A stretch of 64,000 bases of DNA from the NCBI GenBank assembly GCA_913050565.1, contig CAJWZW010000001.1, positions 14,214 to 78,213 of the forward strand, written 5' to 3'. Source of the stretch: an uncultured Synechococcus sp. (GTDB lineage: Bacteria; Cyanobacteriota; Cyanobacteriia; PCC-6307; Cyanobiaceae). Under the pieces are notes generated by a model that did no database searches, was not told where the DNA came from, and saw nothing but the letters and a program-made list of their open reading frames with translations. Position 1 is the first letter of the stretch, and each line of letters opens with the position of its first letter. Position numbers and translations under genes: made by a program. Positions 53,545 through 62,650 of this stretch are shown one piece after another.

Positions 53545-54663
53545 ATCCGGCTCCAGACGCTTCAGCTGCAGGGGTTTAGGAACCACAGCCAGATGCTGGT
53601 GGAGCTGGAACAGCCACGTCTGCTCGTCATTGGTCCGAACGGCATCGGCAAATCCAACCTGCTGGAGGCTGTGGAGCTTCTGGGCAGCCTGCGCTCCCAC
53701 CGCTGCAGCCAGGATCGCGATCTCATCCAGTGGGACGAACCCCGCGCTCTGCTGCGAGCCGGACTGGATGATGGCGACCGGATCGAACTGGAACTGCGAC
53801 GCACCGGAGGGCGCCAGGCCCGCCGTAATGGGAAGACCCTCGAGCGCCAGTTGGATCTGATCGGACCGCTGCGCTGCATCGGTTTCAGCGCCCTGGATCT
53901 GGAGCTTGTGCGGGGTGAACCCTCTCTGCGTCGATCCTGGCTGGACCGGGTGGTGCTGCAGCTCGAGCCGGTTTATGCCGACCTGATCAGCCGTTTCAGC
54001 CGCCTGCTGCGCCAGCGTGGACAGCTGTGGCGACAGACCGCCCGCAGCTCGGTCGGCGAGCGCGATGCCCTGCTTGACGCCTTCGATGTGCAGATGGCTC
54101 TGGTCAGCACACGAATCCACCGTCGTCGGCTGCGTGCCCTGCAGAGACTGCAACCCATTGCTGAACGCTGGCAGGCTCACCTGAGTGGGGGAACCGAGCA
54201 ACTGGAACTGCGCTATCAGCCCGGCAGTCGACTGGAACAGGAAGAAGCGGAAGAGCCCTGGCGACTGGCCATCGAGGAGCAATTACGCATGCAACGCAGC
54301 GAGGAGGAGCGTCTTGGGATCTGTCGCGTTGGTCCCCACCGTGACGAGGTTGGGCTGCTGCTGGGAGGAATACCGGCCAGACGCTTTGGATCCGCCGGCC
54401 AGCAGAGATCGCTGGTGCTGGGGCTGAAGCTGGCGGAACTGGAACTGGTCACCCAGCTGTTCGGGGATCCACCGCTGCTGCTGCTGGACGATGTGCTGGC
54501 GGAGTTGGATCCCACTCGGCAACGCCTGCTGCTTGATGCCGTTGGCAATGATCACCAGTGCCTGGTGAGCGCGACGCATCTCGATGGGTTCGACGGCGGA
54601 TGGAGGGAGAGATCCCAGATTCTCAGCCCGGACGACCTCAGGGCAGGGGCGAACATCCGATAA
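53545..54663 (+). CDS. recF: DNA replication/repair protein RecF
   Basis: GPNGIGKSN Walker [25 protein letters not shown]; first ATG is 53593, homology extends to 53545. Confidence 0.95.
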   Translation: MRLQTLQLQGFRNHSQMLVELEQPRLLVIGPNGIGKSNLLEAVELLGSLRSHRCSQDRDLIQWDEPRALLRAGLDDGDRIELELRRTGGRQARRNGKTLERQLDLIGPLRCIGFSALDLELVRGEPSLRRSWLDRVVLQLEPVYADLISRFSRLLRQRGQLWRQTARSSVGERDALLDAFDVQMALVSTRIHRRRLRALQRLQPIAERWQAHLSGGTEQLELRYQPGSRLEQEEAEEPWRLAIEEQLRMQRSEEERLGICRVGPHRDEVGLLLGGIPARRFGSAGQQRSLVLGLKLAELELVTQLFGDPPLLLLDDVLAELDPTRQRLLLDAVGNDHQCLVSATHLDGFDGGWRERSQILSPDDLRAGANIR

Positions 54664-54688
54664 CCTGACGGACCAAATTTGGACTCCT

Positions 54689-55144
54689 GTGGAGCAGAGC
54701 CTGTCTGAACTGCATCCCAACCCGGGATGGGGGGGCATCACACCGCAATCCACCGACATGGTCGGCAAACATTGCATCCTCGAGCTTTACGAGTGTGATT
54801 CCAGCCGGCTCGACGATGAAGCCTTTCTGAGAACCAGCATCACGACGGCAGCGAAAAAAGCCGGTGCGACCCTTCTCAACCTGATCACCCATCACTTCGA
54901 GCCCCAGGGCGTCACCGGACTCGCCTTGTTGGCCGAATCCCATATCTCCATTCATACCTGGCCCGAAAGCGGTTACGCCGCCGTGGATGTGTTCACCTGT
55001 GGCGACCACACGATGCCGGAACAGGCCTGTGCATTCCTGAGCGAATCGCTCCAGTCAAAACGACAGGTCCTCCGCAGTTTCCTCAGGGAAACACCCGCCG
55101 CCGTTGCAACGGAGCTGCGACAACCGACGGGCCAGACCTGTTGA
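54689..55144 (+). CDS. speD: S-adenosylmethionine decarboxylase proenzyme
   Basis: [35 protein letters not shown]. Confidence 0.94.
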   Translation: MEQSLSELHPNPGWGGITPQSTDMVGKHCILELYECDSSRLDDEAFLRTSITTAAKKAGATLLNLITHHFEPQGVTGLALLAESHISIHTWPESGYAAVDVFTCGDHTMPEQACAFLSESLQSKRQVLRSFLRETPAAVATELRQPTGQTC

Positions 55145-55162
55145 ACCCGGCGGAACAAACCT

Positions 55163-55993
55163 TCAGAGCTCGCGGTTGAGTTTGCCGCTGATCAGCCCCT
55201 CCAGATCAAGGCTCACCGAGGTGAATCCCAGGTCCAGAAATGTCTGAACCAGAGGATCTGCCTGACTCATCTCCAGCAGATCCTGGAGACAGTCCTGCGG
55301 CACCTCGATCCGAGCCGACAGACCCTGACAGCGAACGCGCACCCTGGGAAAACCACGGGAGATGAGCCATGCCTCCGCTCGCCCCACGCGCTGCAGGCGT
55401 TCGGCACTGATGCCTTCCCCATAGGGGAAGCGCGAAGCCAGACAGGGCTGGGCCGGCTTATCCCACCAGGGGAAACCAAGGGCCTGGGACAGGCGACGGA
55501 TCACAGTTTTGTCGATCCCGAGCTCAGCGAGGGGGGACCGGACACCGGCCTGCCGGGCCGCATCGATGCCGGGTCGGTGATCGCCGAGATCATCGCGATT
55601 GACACCATCAATCACCACCGCATCACCCGCCGCTTCTGCAATGGGCCGCAGATGCAGATGCAGCTCTCGCTTGCAGGCAAAGCAGCGATCCGTGGGATTG
55701 CTGCTGTACTCGGGATCCTGCAGTTCGGTCGTGGCACATTCGCGATGCCGAACGCCGATCCAGCGGGCCTGAGCTCTGGCCTCCTCAAGCAGATGCGGAG
55801 CCAGGGCTGGTGAAACGCCAGTCACAGCCAGTGCCGCATCACCGAGCTGCTCGTGCGCAACTGCCGCCACAAGGGTGCTGTCAACCCCACCGGAATAAGC
55901 CACACACACCGTGGAGTGCTTGCGGATCCACTCCCGCAGGCTCTGTAGAAATTCAGCCTCGCGAGAGGAGATGGTTTCCTGCGGGCGGAACAT
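55163..55993 (-). CDS. larE: LarE-like ATP-dependent sacrificial sulfur transferase (PP-loop)
   Basis: AYSGGVDS, RCFACK, DHRPG, PCLASRFPYG. Confidence 0.88.
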   Translation of the reverse strand: MFRPQETISSREAEFLQSLREWIRKHSTVCVAYSGGVDSTLVAAVAHEQLGDAALAVTGVSPALAPHLLEEARAQARWIGVRHRECATTELQDPEYSSNPTDRCFACKRELHLHLRPIAEAAGDAVVIDGVNRDDLGDHRPGIDAARQAGVRSPLAELGIDKTVIRRLSQALGFPWWDKPAQPCLASRFPYGEGISAERLQRVGRAEAWLISRGFPRVRVRCQGLSARIEVPQDCLQDLLEMSQADPLVQTFLDLGFTSVSLDLEGLISGKLNREL

Positions 55994-56045
55994 GGGGGGA
56001 CAACCCGATCGGTCTCGGTAGGCTCCAACGGTAAAAGCCCGGCCC

Positions 56046-57194
56046 ATGCCGCGAAATATTGGCATCGTCACCGCGGCGGACAGTCGCGAGCGAAGTCACG
56101 GACAACTGCACATCTACGACGGGGAAGGCAAAGGCAAGAGCCAGGCAGCCCTCGGAGTCGTGCTGCGGACGATCGGCTTGGGAATCTGTGAGCAGCGACG
56201 CACCAGGGTGCTGCTGCTCCGATTTCTGAAAGGCCCGGGACGGGCCTACGACGAAGATGCAGCCATCGAAGCGCTGCAGCAGGGTTTTCCGCATCTGATC
56301 GATCACCTGCGCACCGGACGGGCCGATCACTTCACAGCGGAGGAAGCCACCCGTTTCGACAGAGATGAGGCACAACGCGGCTGGGTCATCGCCAAAGGGG
56401 CGATTGCGAGCGCTCTTTACTCCGTGGTGGTGCTGGATGAGCTGAATCCGGTTCTGGATCTGGGACTTCTGGATGTGGAGGACGTGGTCAGGACGCTGAA
56501 CAACCGTCCTCAGGGAATGGAGATCATCGTGACCGGACGGGCGGCTCCAGCCCCCCTGGTTCAGGTGGCAGACCTTCATTCGGAGATGCGGGCCCATCGC
56601 CGCCCCGGCCTCAACGATGAACGCCTTGTTCCTCTGAACATGAACAGCGGGATCGAGATCTACACCGGAGAAGGCAAGGGGAAGTCGACGAGTGCGCTCG
56701 GCAAGGGGCTGCAGGCGATCGGCAGGGGAATCAGCCAGGACAAGAGCCATCGGGTGCTGATCCTCCAGTGGCTCAAGGGTGGAAGCGGCTACACCGAAGA
56801 CGCAGCCATTGCTGCGCTGCGGGAGAGTTACCCCCATCTGGTTGACCATCTCCGCTCAGGTCGTGATGCGATCGTCTGGCGCGGCCAGCAGGAACCGATC
56901 GACTACGTGGAAGCGGAAAGAGCCTGGGAAATAGCCCGTGCGGCCATCTCCAGTGGGCTCTACAAAACCGTGATTCTCGATGAGCTGAATCCGACGGTGG
57001 ACCTGGAACTCCTGCCGGAGGAACCGATCGTTCAGACGCTGCTTCGCAAGCCAGCCGAAACCGAGGTGATCATCACAGGCCGCTGCAAGAATCAACCCGC
57101 CTATTTCGACCTGGCCAGCATCCATTCAGAGATGGTCTGCCACAAGCATTACGCCGAGCAGGGAGTGAATCTCAAGCGCGGGGTGGACTACTGA
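56046..57194 (+). CDS. cobO: Cob(I)yrinic acid a,c-diamide adenosyltransferase, tandem-duplicated domain
   Basis: Two repeats each with (D/T)GEGKGKS, VxLDELNP, IIxTGR. Confidence 0.92.
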   Translation: MPRNIGIVTAADSRERSHGQLHIYDGEGKGKSQAALGVVLRTIGLGICEQRRTRVLLLRFLKGPGRAYDEDAAIEALQQGFPHLIDHLRTGRADHFTAEEATRFDRDEAQRGWVIAKGAIASALYSVVVLDELNPVLDLGLLDVEDVVRTLNNRPQGMEIIVTGRAAPAPLVQVADLHSEMRAHRRPGLNDERLVPLNMNSGIEIYTGEGKGKSTSALGKGLQAIGRGISQDKSHRVLILQWLKGGSGYTEDAAIAALRESYPHLVDHLRSGRDAIVWRGQQEPIDYVEAERAWEIARAAISSGLYKTVILDELNPTVDLELLPEEPIVQTLLRKPAETEVIITGRCKNQPAYFDLASIHSEMVCHKHYAEQGVNLKRGVDY

Positions 57195-57195
57195 A

Positions 57196-58329
57196 TCAGT
57201 AGCGAGGAACCGAAGGATCAACCTGTTGAGACCAGGCGTCGATCCCACCCGTCACATTGGTGGCGTCGATTCCTTGTTGGGCCAGAAGTTCAACGGCGCG
57301 AGCCGAGCGGCCACCCAGCTTGCAGTGAACAAACAAGCGCTGATCAGCCGCCAGAGCACGGATCTGATCCATGGCCTCCCCACTCTCGATCTGGGCCAGT
57401 GGAATCAGCTTGCCTCCGGGGATGGTCGCCACATCCGCCTCAGGGGGATTTCGGACATCAAGCAGCACAACGTCCCCGGCTCCGCTGTCCAGCAGAGCCT
57501 TCAGATCAATCACGCTGATGCTGTTCATGGCAGGAGCTTGGGGCCGGCAGAACTGGCGGTAGTCAATCAGTTGCTCGATGGGGGAGCGTGAGGGATCCGG
57601 CCGCAGCGTCAGCTCCCGGAAACGCATCGTGAGGGCATCCACCACAAGCAAACGACCGTCCAGGCATTCACCGATGCCGGTGATCAGCTTGATCGCTTCG
57701 GTGGCCTGCAACAGTCCGATCAAACCAGGCATCACGCCCATCACGCCCGCTTCCGAACAGGACGGGACGGCACCTGCGGGAGGCGGCTCAGGCAGGAGAT
57801 CGCGGTAGTTGGGGCTGTCGGGATGGCGGTTGAACACCGACACCTGGCCATCAAAACGTTGCACCGACCCGTAGATCAGCGGTCGACGCGTCAGAACGCA
57901 GGCGTCGTTCACCAGAAACCGGGTGGGGAAATTGTCGGATCCATCGCAAACCAGGTCGTAGGAACCGATCAGATTCAGGGCATTGCAGCTGTCGAGCATC
58001 TGATCGTGCACCTCCACCTGACAGAGAGGATTCAGCTCGGCGATTCGACTGGCTGCGGATCTGGCCTTGGAAACACCGATGCTTCCTGTGCCATGGATCA
58101 CCTGGCGTTGCAGGTTTGAAACCTCAACGACATCTCCATCGACGATGCCGATCCTGCCGACACCCGCCGCGGCCAGATAAAGCAGGAGGGGAGACCCGAG
58201 TCCACCAGCCCCCACACACAGAACAGACGCCTGTTTCAAACGCTTCTGTCCTTCAACACCCAGTTCAGGGAGCATCAGGTGACGGGCGTAGCGGCCACGC
58301 TCATCAGAGGTCAGACCTTCAGGACACAT
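57196..58329 (-). CDS. moeB: MoeB/ThiF adenylyltransferase fused to rhodanese (MoeZ-type)
   Basis: RYARHL, GAGGLGS, SNLQRQ, DGSDNF, C-terminal LLDVR...HCKLGGRS. Confidence 0.94.
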   Translation of the reverse strand: MCPEGLTSDERGRYARHLMLPELGVEGQKRLKQASVLCVGAGGLGSPLLLYLAAAGVGRIGIVDGDVVEVSNLQRQVIHGTGSIGVSKARSAASRIAELNPLCQVEVHDQMLDSCNALNLIGSYDLVCDGSDNFPTRFLVNDACVLTRRPLIYGSVQRFDGQVSVFNRHPDSPNYRDLLPEPPPAGAVPSCSEAGVMGVMPGLIGLLQATEAIKLITGIGECLDGRLLVVDALTMRFRELTLRPDPSRSPIEQLIDYRQFCRPQAPAMNSISVIDLKALLDSGAGDVVLLDVRNPPEADVATIPGGKLIPLAQIESGEAMDQIRALAADQRLFVHCKLGGRSARAVELLAQQGIDATNVTGGIDAWSQQVDPSVPRY

Positions 58330-58810
58330 CGATCAGCACCGGCCGAACCCGCCGATCCTCTTCTAACCACCAGGCCTGGATTCCGCCCTGTGCAGCCAGG
58401 ATCAGCATCAGCTGATGCGGCACTCCTCGTTGCCGATCTGCAGCGGAAGGAACCGCGTCGCCCGATGGATGGCTGTGGGCCACTCCCAGAAGGATCTGGC
58501 CTCTGGCACGGCACCAGCGTTGAGCCGAGAGCTGTTCTCCTGGATCCAGGGCGAAGTTGCTGACACGGGCGTCGCTGAACGCTGATGACCAGGGCAGATC
58601 GAGATCAGCAGCCCCCCAGCGATTGCAGGCCGGCCACACCGTCATGAGCCGCTGGGTGCCATCGCTCAAAGCCGTTCCCAGAAGAAGTGAACAGCCCTCC
58701 TGAGGCAACACCGCCAGAAGCGAGCGGTGCAGAACCGTGAGGCATCGGCGATCCATCCGCAGCATGGATGGCGGATTGAGGCTGCGACCGATACGCTCAG
58801 CGCACTGCAT
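58319..58810 (-). CDS. JAB/MPN (M67) metallopeptidase
   Basis: PQEGCSLL, HSHPSGDAVPSAAD JAMM motif; start uncertain (58765 or 58810). Confidence 0.85.
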   Translation of the reverse strand: MQCAERIGRSLNPPSMLRMDRRCLTVLHRSLLAVLPQEGCSLLLGTALSDGTQRLMTVWPACNRWGAADLDLPWSSAFSDARVSNFALDPGEQLSAQRWCRARGQILLGVAHSHPSGDAVPSAADRQRGVPHQLMLILAAQGGIQAWWLEEDRRVRPVLIDVS

Positions 58811-58829
58811 GAACATTTTCGTCGGTTCC

Positions 58830-59213
58830 ATGAGCGACGCCTCTACTGAAGTAAAAGCCACTGAGGCATCTGCGAGCCCGGCGGCGTCCTCAGCCTCTGA
58901 GGACAGTGCATCGTTCACCGAGCGCTACAGCGAAGTGCTGGGCAAGGTGAACGAGACCCTCGACCAGGTCGACTGGAACCAGATGGGTCGCATCGGCAAG
59001 ATCGTCGGCATCTTTGCTGCGGTGATCGTTGCCCAGATTCTGATCAAGGGAATTCTCGACACCATCAATCTGCTCCCGGTGGTCCCAGGCCTGCTGGAGC
59101 TTCTCGGCGTCGTGGTCGTGGGCCAGTGGAGCTGGAGAAATCTCACCACCAGCGAGAAACGCAACGCTCTGGTTCAGAAGGTTCAGACCCTGCGTCAGGA
59201 ATATCTGGGTTGA
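58830..59213 (+). CDS. curT: CAAD-domain thylakoid curvature protein (CurT/CURT1-like)
   Basis: ILDTINLLPVVPGLLELLG...RNL...KR two-helix CAAD motif. Confidence 0.82.
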   Translation: MSDASTEVKATEASASPAASSASEDSASFTERYSEVLGKVNETLDQVDWNQMGRIGKIVGIFAAVIVAQILIKGILDTINLLPVVPGLLELLGVVVVGQWSWRNLTTSEKRNALVQKVQTLRQEYLG

Positions 59214-59243
59214 TCCCTGCACTGTCTGAGCCGCTTTCCTCGC

Positions 59244-60134
59244 TCAGGACATGAATCGGGCCAGTCGCTTGAGGCTGGCCCGACTTTGATCGACATATCC
59301 ACCTCCGAACAGGTTGGCGTGGTTGAGCAGGTGATAGAGGTTGTAAATCTCGACGCGCTCATCCGACCCGGAACCAAGCGGATATTCGGCTGCATAGCTC
59401 GCATAGAAATCTGAGCCGAATCCTCCGAACATCCGGGTCATGGCCAGATCAACCTCCCGGTCAGCCCACCAGCTGGCCGGGTCAAACAGACATCCCCGCT
59501 GATCGGAAAGAGAGCCGGCGTTTCCACCCCAGAGATCGCCGTGAACAAGCGATGGAACGGGATCATGCCTGTTGAGATGAGCCTTCAAACGCTCAAGCAG
59601 CACCATGAGCGACTGCGCGTCATCCCTCAGGCTGCCCAGAAGATTGAGCTGTGGGATCAGACGCAGCTCCACGAAACAGTCACCCCAGCGCTCCCGCCAT
59701 CCACCTGGCTGCGGACCGGCCCCGATGAAACCGTCCCGCTGCCAGCCGAAACGACCGGATGAGGCATCCGCTGAGGCGCGGTGCAGACGCGCCAGACCAC
59801 GACCAAGCGCACGCTGATCGCTCCCAGCAAGCTCCAGCCAGGGCAGCAGAAGCACGGCACCATGCGTGAGCTTCGTCGTGACCAGAGGACGGGGAATCAC
59901 CAGCAGCTCCTGGTCCGCGTGGGCATGCAGGGCCGAAAGGGCTTCCGCCTCAACGCTGAAGAGGGCCAGCGCCTCAGAGCCACCGGTTTTGGCGAACAGG
60001 CGCTGGCCGTCATCAAGGGTCAGGCTCCAGGCCTGATGGATGCATCCACCTCCGACAGGCTCGACCACCCGCAGTGTCTGCCCTGCCAAGGGACCATCGG
60101 AGGCCACGAGATCCTTCCGCAAGCCTGAGTTCAT
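59244..60134 (-). CDS. Fructosamine kinase family protein
   Basis: GGGCIH, LVHGDLWGGN, DREVDLAM, YHLLNHANLFG. Confidence 0.92.
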   Translation of the reverse strand: MNSGLRKDLVASDGPLAGQTLRVVEPVGGGCIHQAWSLTLDDGQRLFAKTGGSEALALFSVEAEALSALHAHADQELLVIPRPLVTTKLTHGAVLLLPWLELAGSDQRALGRGLARLHRASADASSGRFGWQRDGFIGAGPQPGGWRERWGDCFVELRLIPQLNLLGSLRDDAQSLMVLLERLKAHLNRHDPVPSLVHGDLWGGNAGSLSDQRGCLFDPASWWADREVDLAMTRMFGGFGSDFYASYAAEYPLGSGSDERVEIYNLYHLLNHANLFGGGYVDQSRASLKRLARFMS

Positions 60135-60185
60135 CGCCGGACCGTGCGGTTCAGTTGCCAGCATGCCCGGAGTTCCAGGCGGGTC

Positions 60186-61688
60186 TTGAATAAAAGCGGC
60201 GTGATCGTGATCGGTGCCGGTATCGCCGGACTCACCACAGCGGCCCTGCTGTCAAAAGAGGGGCTGGCCGTCACCCTGCTGGAAGCGCACCATCAACCAG
60301 GAGGCTGCGCAGGAACATTCCGTCGCGGTCCCTGGACCTTCGACGTTGGCGCAACTCAGGTGGCTGGCCTCGAACCGGGGGGAAGCCATGAACGTCTGCT
60401 GCGTCATCTCGGGCTGCCCTTGCCTGAAGCAGACATCCTTGACCCTGGTTGCGTTGTGGATCTGGGCGATGGAACGGATCCCATCACCCTCTGGCACGAT
60501 CCCGAGCGATGGGCAGCGGAGCGGCAACGCCAGTTCCCAGGCAGTGATCGTTTCTGGCGGCTTTGTGAGGCGATCCACAGCAGCAACTGGGTCTTCGCTG
60601 GACAGGATCCGATCGTCACTCCGCGATCACTCTGGGATCTGCGTCAGCTGATCGGCGCCCTGAGACTTCCAACGCTGGCATCGGGTCTGCTCGCGGGTCT
60701 GTCGATGCTGGACCTGATGCGGCTGTGCGGCTGTGCCGACGATTCCAGGCTGAGACGGTTTCTTGATCTGCAGTTGAAGCTGTATTCCCAGGAACCCACC
60801 GATCGCACCGCGGCCCTTTACGGAGCGACCGTTCTGAACATGGCCCAGGCCCCTCTGGGCCTCTGGCACCTGCAGGGATCGATGCAGGTGCTGAGTGATC
60901 AGCTGGTTGAAGCCATCAAGAGTGCAGGAGGAACGATCCTGCGGCGTCATCGGGTCACCGCACTGCGTCCTTCATCGCCAGGTTGGGACGTCGACGTGCA
61001 GGTGAACAACCGCGATCTCATAACGCTTCAGGCCGATGAGGTGGTGAGCAGCCTTCCGCCCCAGTGTCTGCCGGATTTGATTGAGTCCCACCTGCTCCCA
61101 GCGAGTTACAACCGCCGCTTGAAATCCCTGCCCGAACCGAGCGGAGCTCTGGTGCTCTACGGAGTTGTGAAGCGTGAAGCCCTGCCCGACAACTGTCCGG
61201 GCCATCTGCAGCGGGGAGCTGAGCATCCGGGCTCACTGTTTGTTTCGATCAGCCGCGAGGGGGATGGACGTGCTCCTGCCGGGCAGGCCACGTTGATCGC
61301 CAGCCTGTTCACACCGACAGCGGACTGGTGCAGCCTGGAGGAGGGGATGTACCAGCGCCGCAAGCAGGAAAGGCTTGAAGCCATGCGGAACGCGCTTTCC
61401 GAATGGCTGCAGCTGCAGCCCCAGGACTGGTTGCACATCGAGCTGGCAACACCGCGCGGATTTGCTGGATGGACCGGTCGTCCTCGCGGAATGGTCGGAG
61501 GACTCGGGCAACATCCCAGCCGTTTCGGTCCCTTCGGACTGGCTGGTCGAACACCGGTACCAGGACTCTGGCTCTGCGGTGACAGCCTCCACCCCGGTGA
61601 GGGGACAGCGGGGGTGAGCCTGTCCGCTCTGAATGCATGCCGTCAGCTGCTGGCCAACCGAGGCACCGAACTGCACCTCGGCGGCTGA
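60186..61688 (+). CDS. crtD: Carotenoid C-3',4' desaturase CrtD
   Basis: VIGAGIAG, FDVGATQVAG, QLKLYSQ, GDSLHPGEGTAGV. Confidence 0.88.
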   Translation: MNKSGVIVIGAGIAGLTTAALLSKEGLAVTLLEAHHQPGGCAGTFRRGPWTFDVGATQVAGLEPGGSHERLLRHLGLPLPEADILDPGCVVDLGDGTDPITLWHDPERWAAERQRQFPGSDRFWRLCEAIHSSNWVFAGQDPIVTPRSLWDLRQLIGALRLPTLASGLLAGLSMLDLMRLCGCADDSRLRRFLDLQLKLYSQEPTDRTAALYGATVLNMAQAPLGLWHLQGSMQVLSDQLVEAIKSAGGTILRRHRVTALRPSSPGWDVDVQVNNRDLITLQADEVVSSLPPQCLPDLIESHLLPASYNRRLKSLPEPSGALVLYGVVKREALPDNCPGHLQRGAEHPGSLFVSISREGDGRAPAGQATLIASLFTPTADWCSLEEGMYQRRKQERLEAMRNALSEWLQLQPQDWLHIELATPRGFAGWTGRPRGMVGGLGQHPSRFGPFGLAGRTPVPGLWLCGDSLHPGEGTAGVSLSALNACRQLLANRGTELHLGG

Positions 61689-61692
61689 TCCT

Positions 61693-62568
61693 TCAGACAG
61701 CGTCGCTGGGGGAGACCTCCAGATAGTCCGGCCGCAATTCCTGAGTGCGCTGCAATTCCAGATGCAGCTGCTGCCAGTTGTTCCGCAGAACGGCATCCTC
61801 CAACTGCTCCAGACTCCAGCGGTAGGCAGCCAGAGCCTTGAGTACCGCGGCGCTGTTGCTGGATGCCATGGCCACCCCCAGATCGGGGTTTCCTCCACCG
61901 ATACGGGTCGAGTCCGCGAATCCACTGGAAGCAAGGCACTGAGCCAGCCGCCGGATCTCCGGGTCCCGTTCGTCACCGGCCGCACGCAACAGGGCGGCGC
62001 TCACCAGCACGGGCATGTGAGAAATCAGCGCCACCGCCTGATCGTGCTGAGCTGCAGAAGCCGTGTACCACTGACTCCCCAGCTCCTGGGCAAGCTTCTG
62101 GACAACCTCCACGGCCGTTGGATCCGTTCCGTCCTCCGGTGTGGCGATCCAGGGTCGACCTTGGAACAGCCCAACCTGACCGGCTTCAACTCCCGCCGAT
62201 GCCGTTCCCGCCATGGGATGACTGGGCACGAAACGGGGATGCAACGACCGCCAGACCTCCTGTACAGGCTGCTTCACCGAACCCACATCGGTGACCACCG
62301 CTGACCTGGGGATGGCCTTCAACAGGGTGGGATCCGGAGCCAGCAGCGCCGGAATCGGCAACGCGAGAATCACAAGATCACAGGCGCTGAGGCAGAGCGG
62401 GTCCGTGCTGACCGCATCCACCAATCCCCTCTCCAGAGCCCGTTCGGCGGTGGCGGTCCGATGCACCAACCCCTGAACTGACCAGCCCAGAGCACGCAGA
62501 TCAAGACCAAGCGATCCTCCGATCAGTCCTAGGCCGACGATCCCGACCGAGCCCTTGCTCTCACGCAT
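61693..62568 (-). CDS. tyrA: Prephenate/arogenate dehydrogenase
   Basis: GLGLIGGS, TDVGSVK, HPMAG, HDQAVALISH, SSGFADSTR. Confidence 0.93.
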   Translation of the reverse strand: MRESKGSVGIVGLGLIGGSLGLDLRALGWSVQGLVHRTATAERALERGLVDAVSTDPLCLSACDLVILALPIPALLAPDPTLLKAIPRSAVVTDVGSVKQPVQEVWRSLHPRFVPSHPMAGTASAGVEAGQVGLFQGRPWIATPEDGTDPTAVEVVQKLAQELGSQWYTASAAQHDQAVALISHMPVLVSAALLRAAGDERDPEIRRLAQCLASSGFADSTRIGGGNPDLGVAMASSNSAAVLKALAAYRWSLEQLEDAVLRNNWQQLHLELQRTQELRPDYLEVSPSDAV

Positions 62569-62650
62569 CCCGCAGTTAGGAGTTGGAGCCATGTTGGTCG
62601 ATGGATTGCGACGAACGTTCTGAGCGCAAAACCCTGTTTAGGGTTCCCGG

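Noticed and set aside
56046-57194. Internal duplication in cobO
   Set aside because: Tandem-domain CobO is the usual cyanobacterial form
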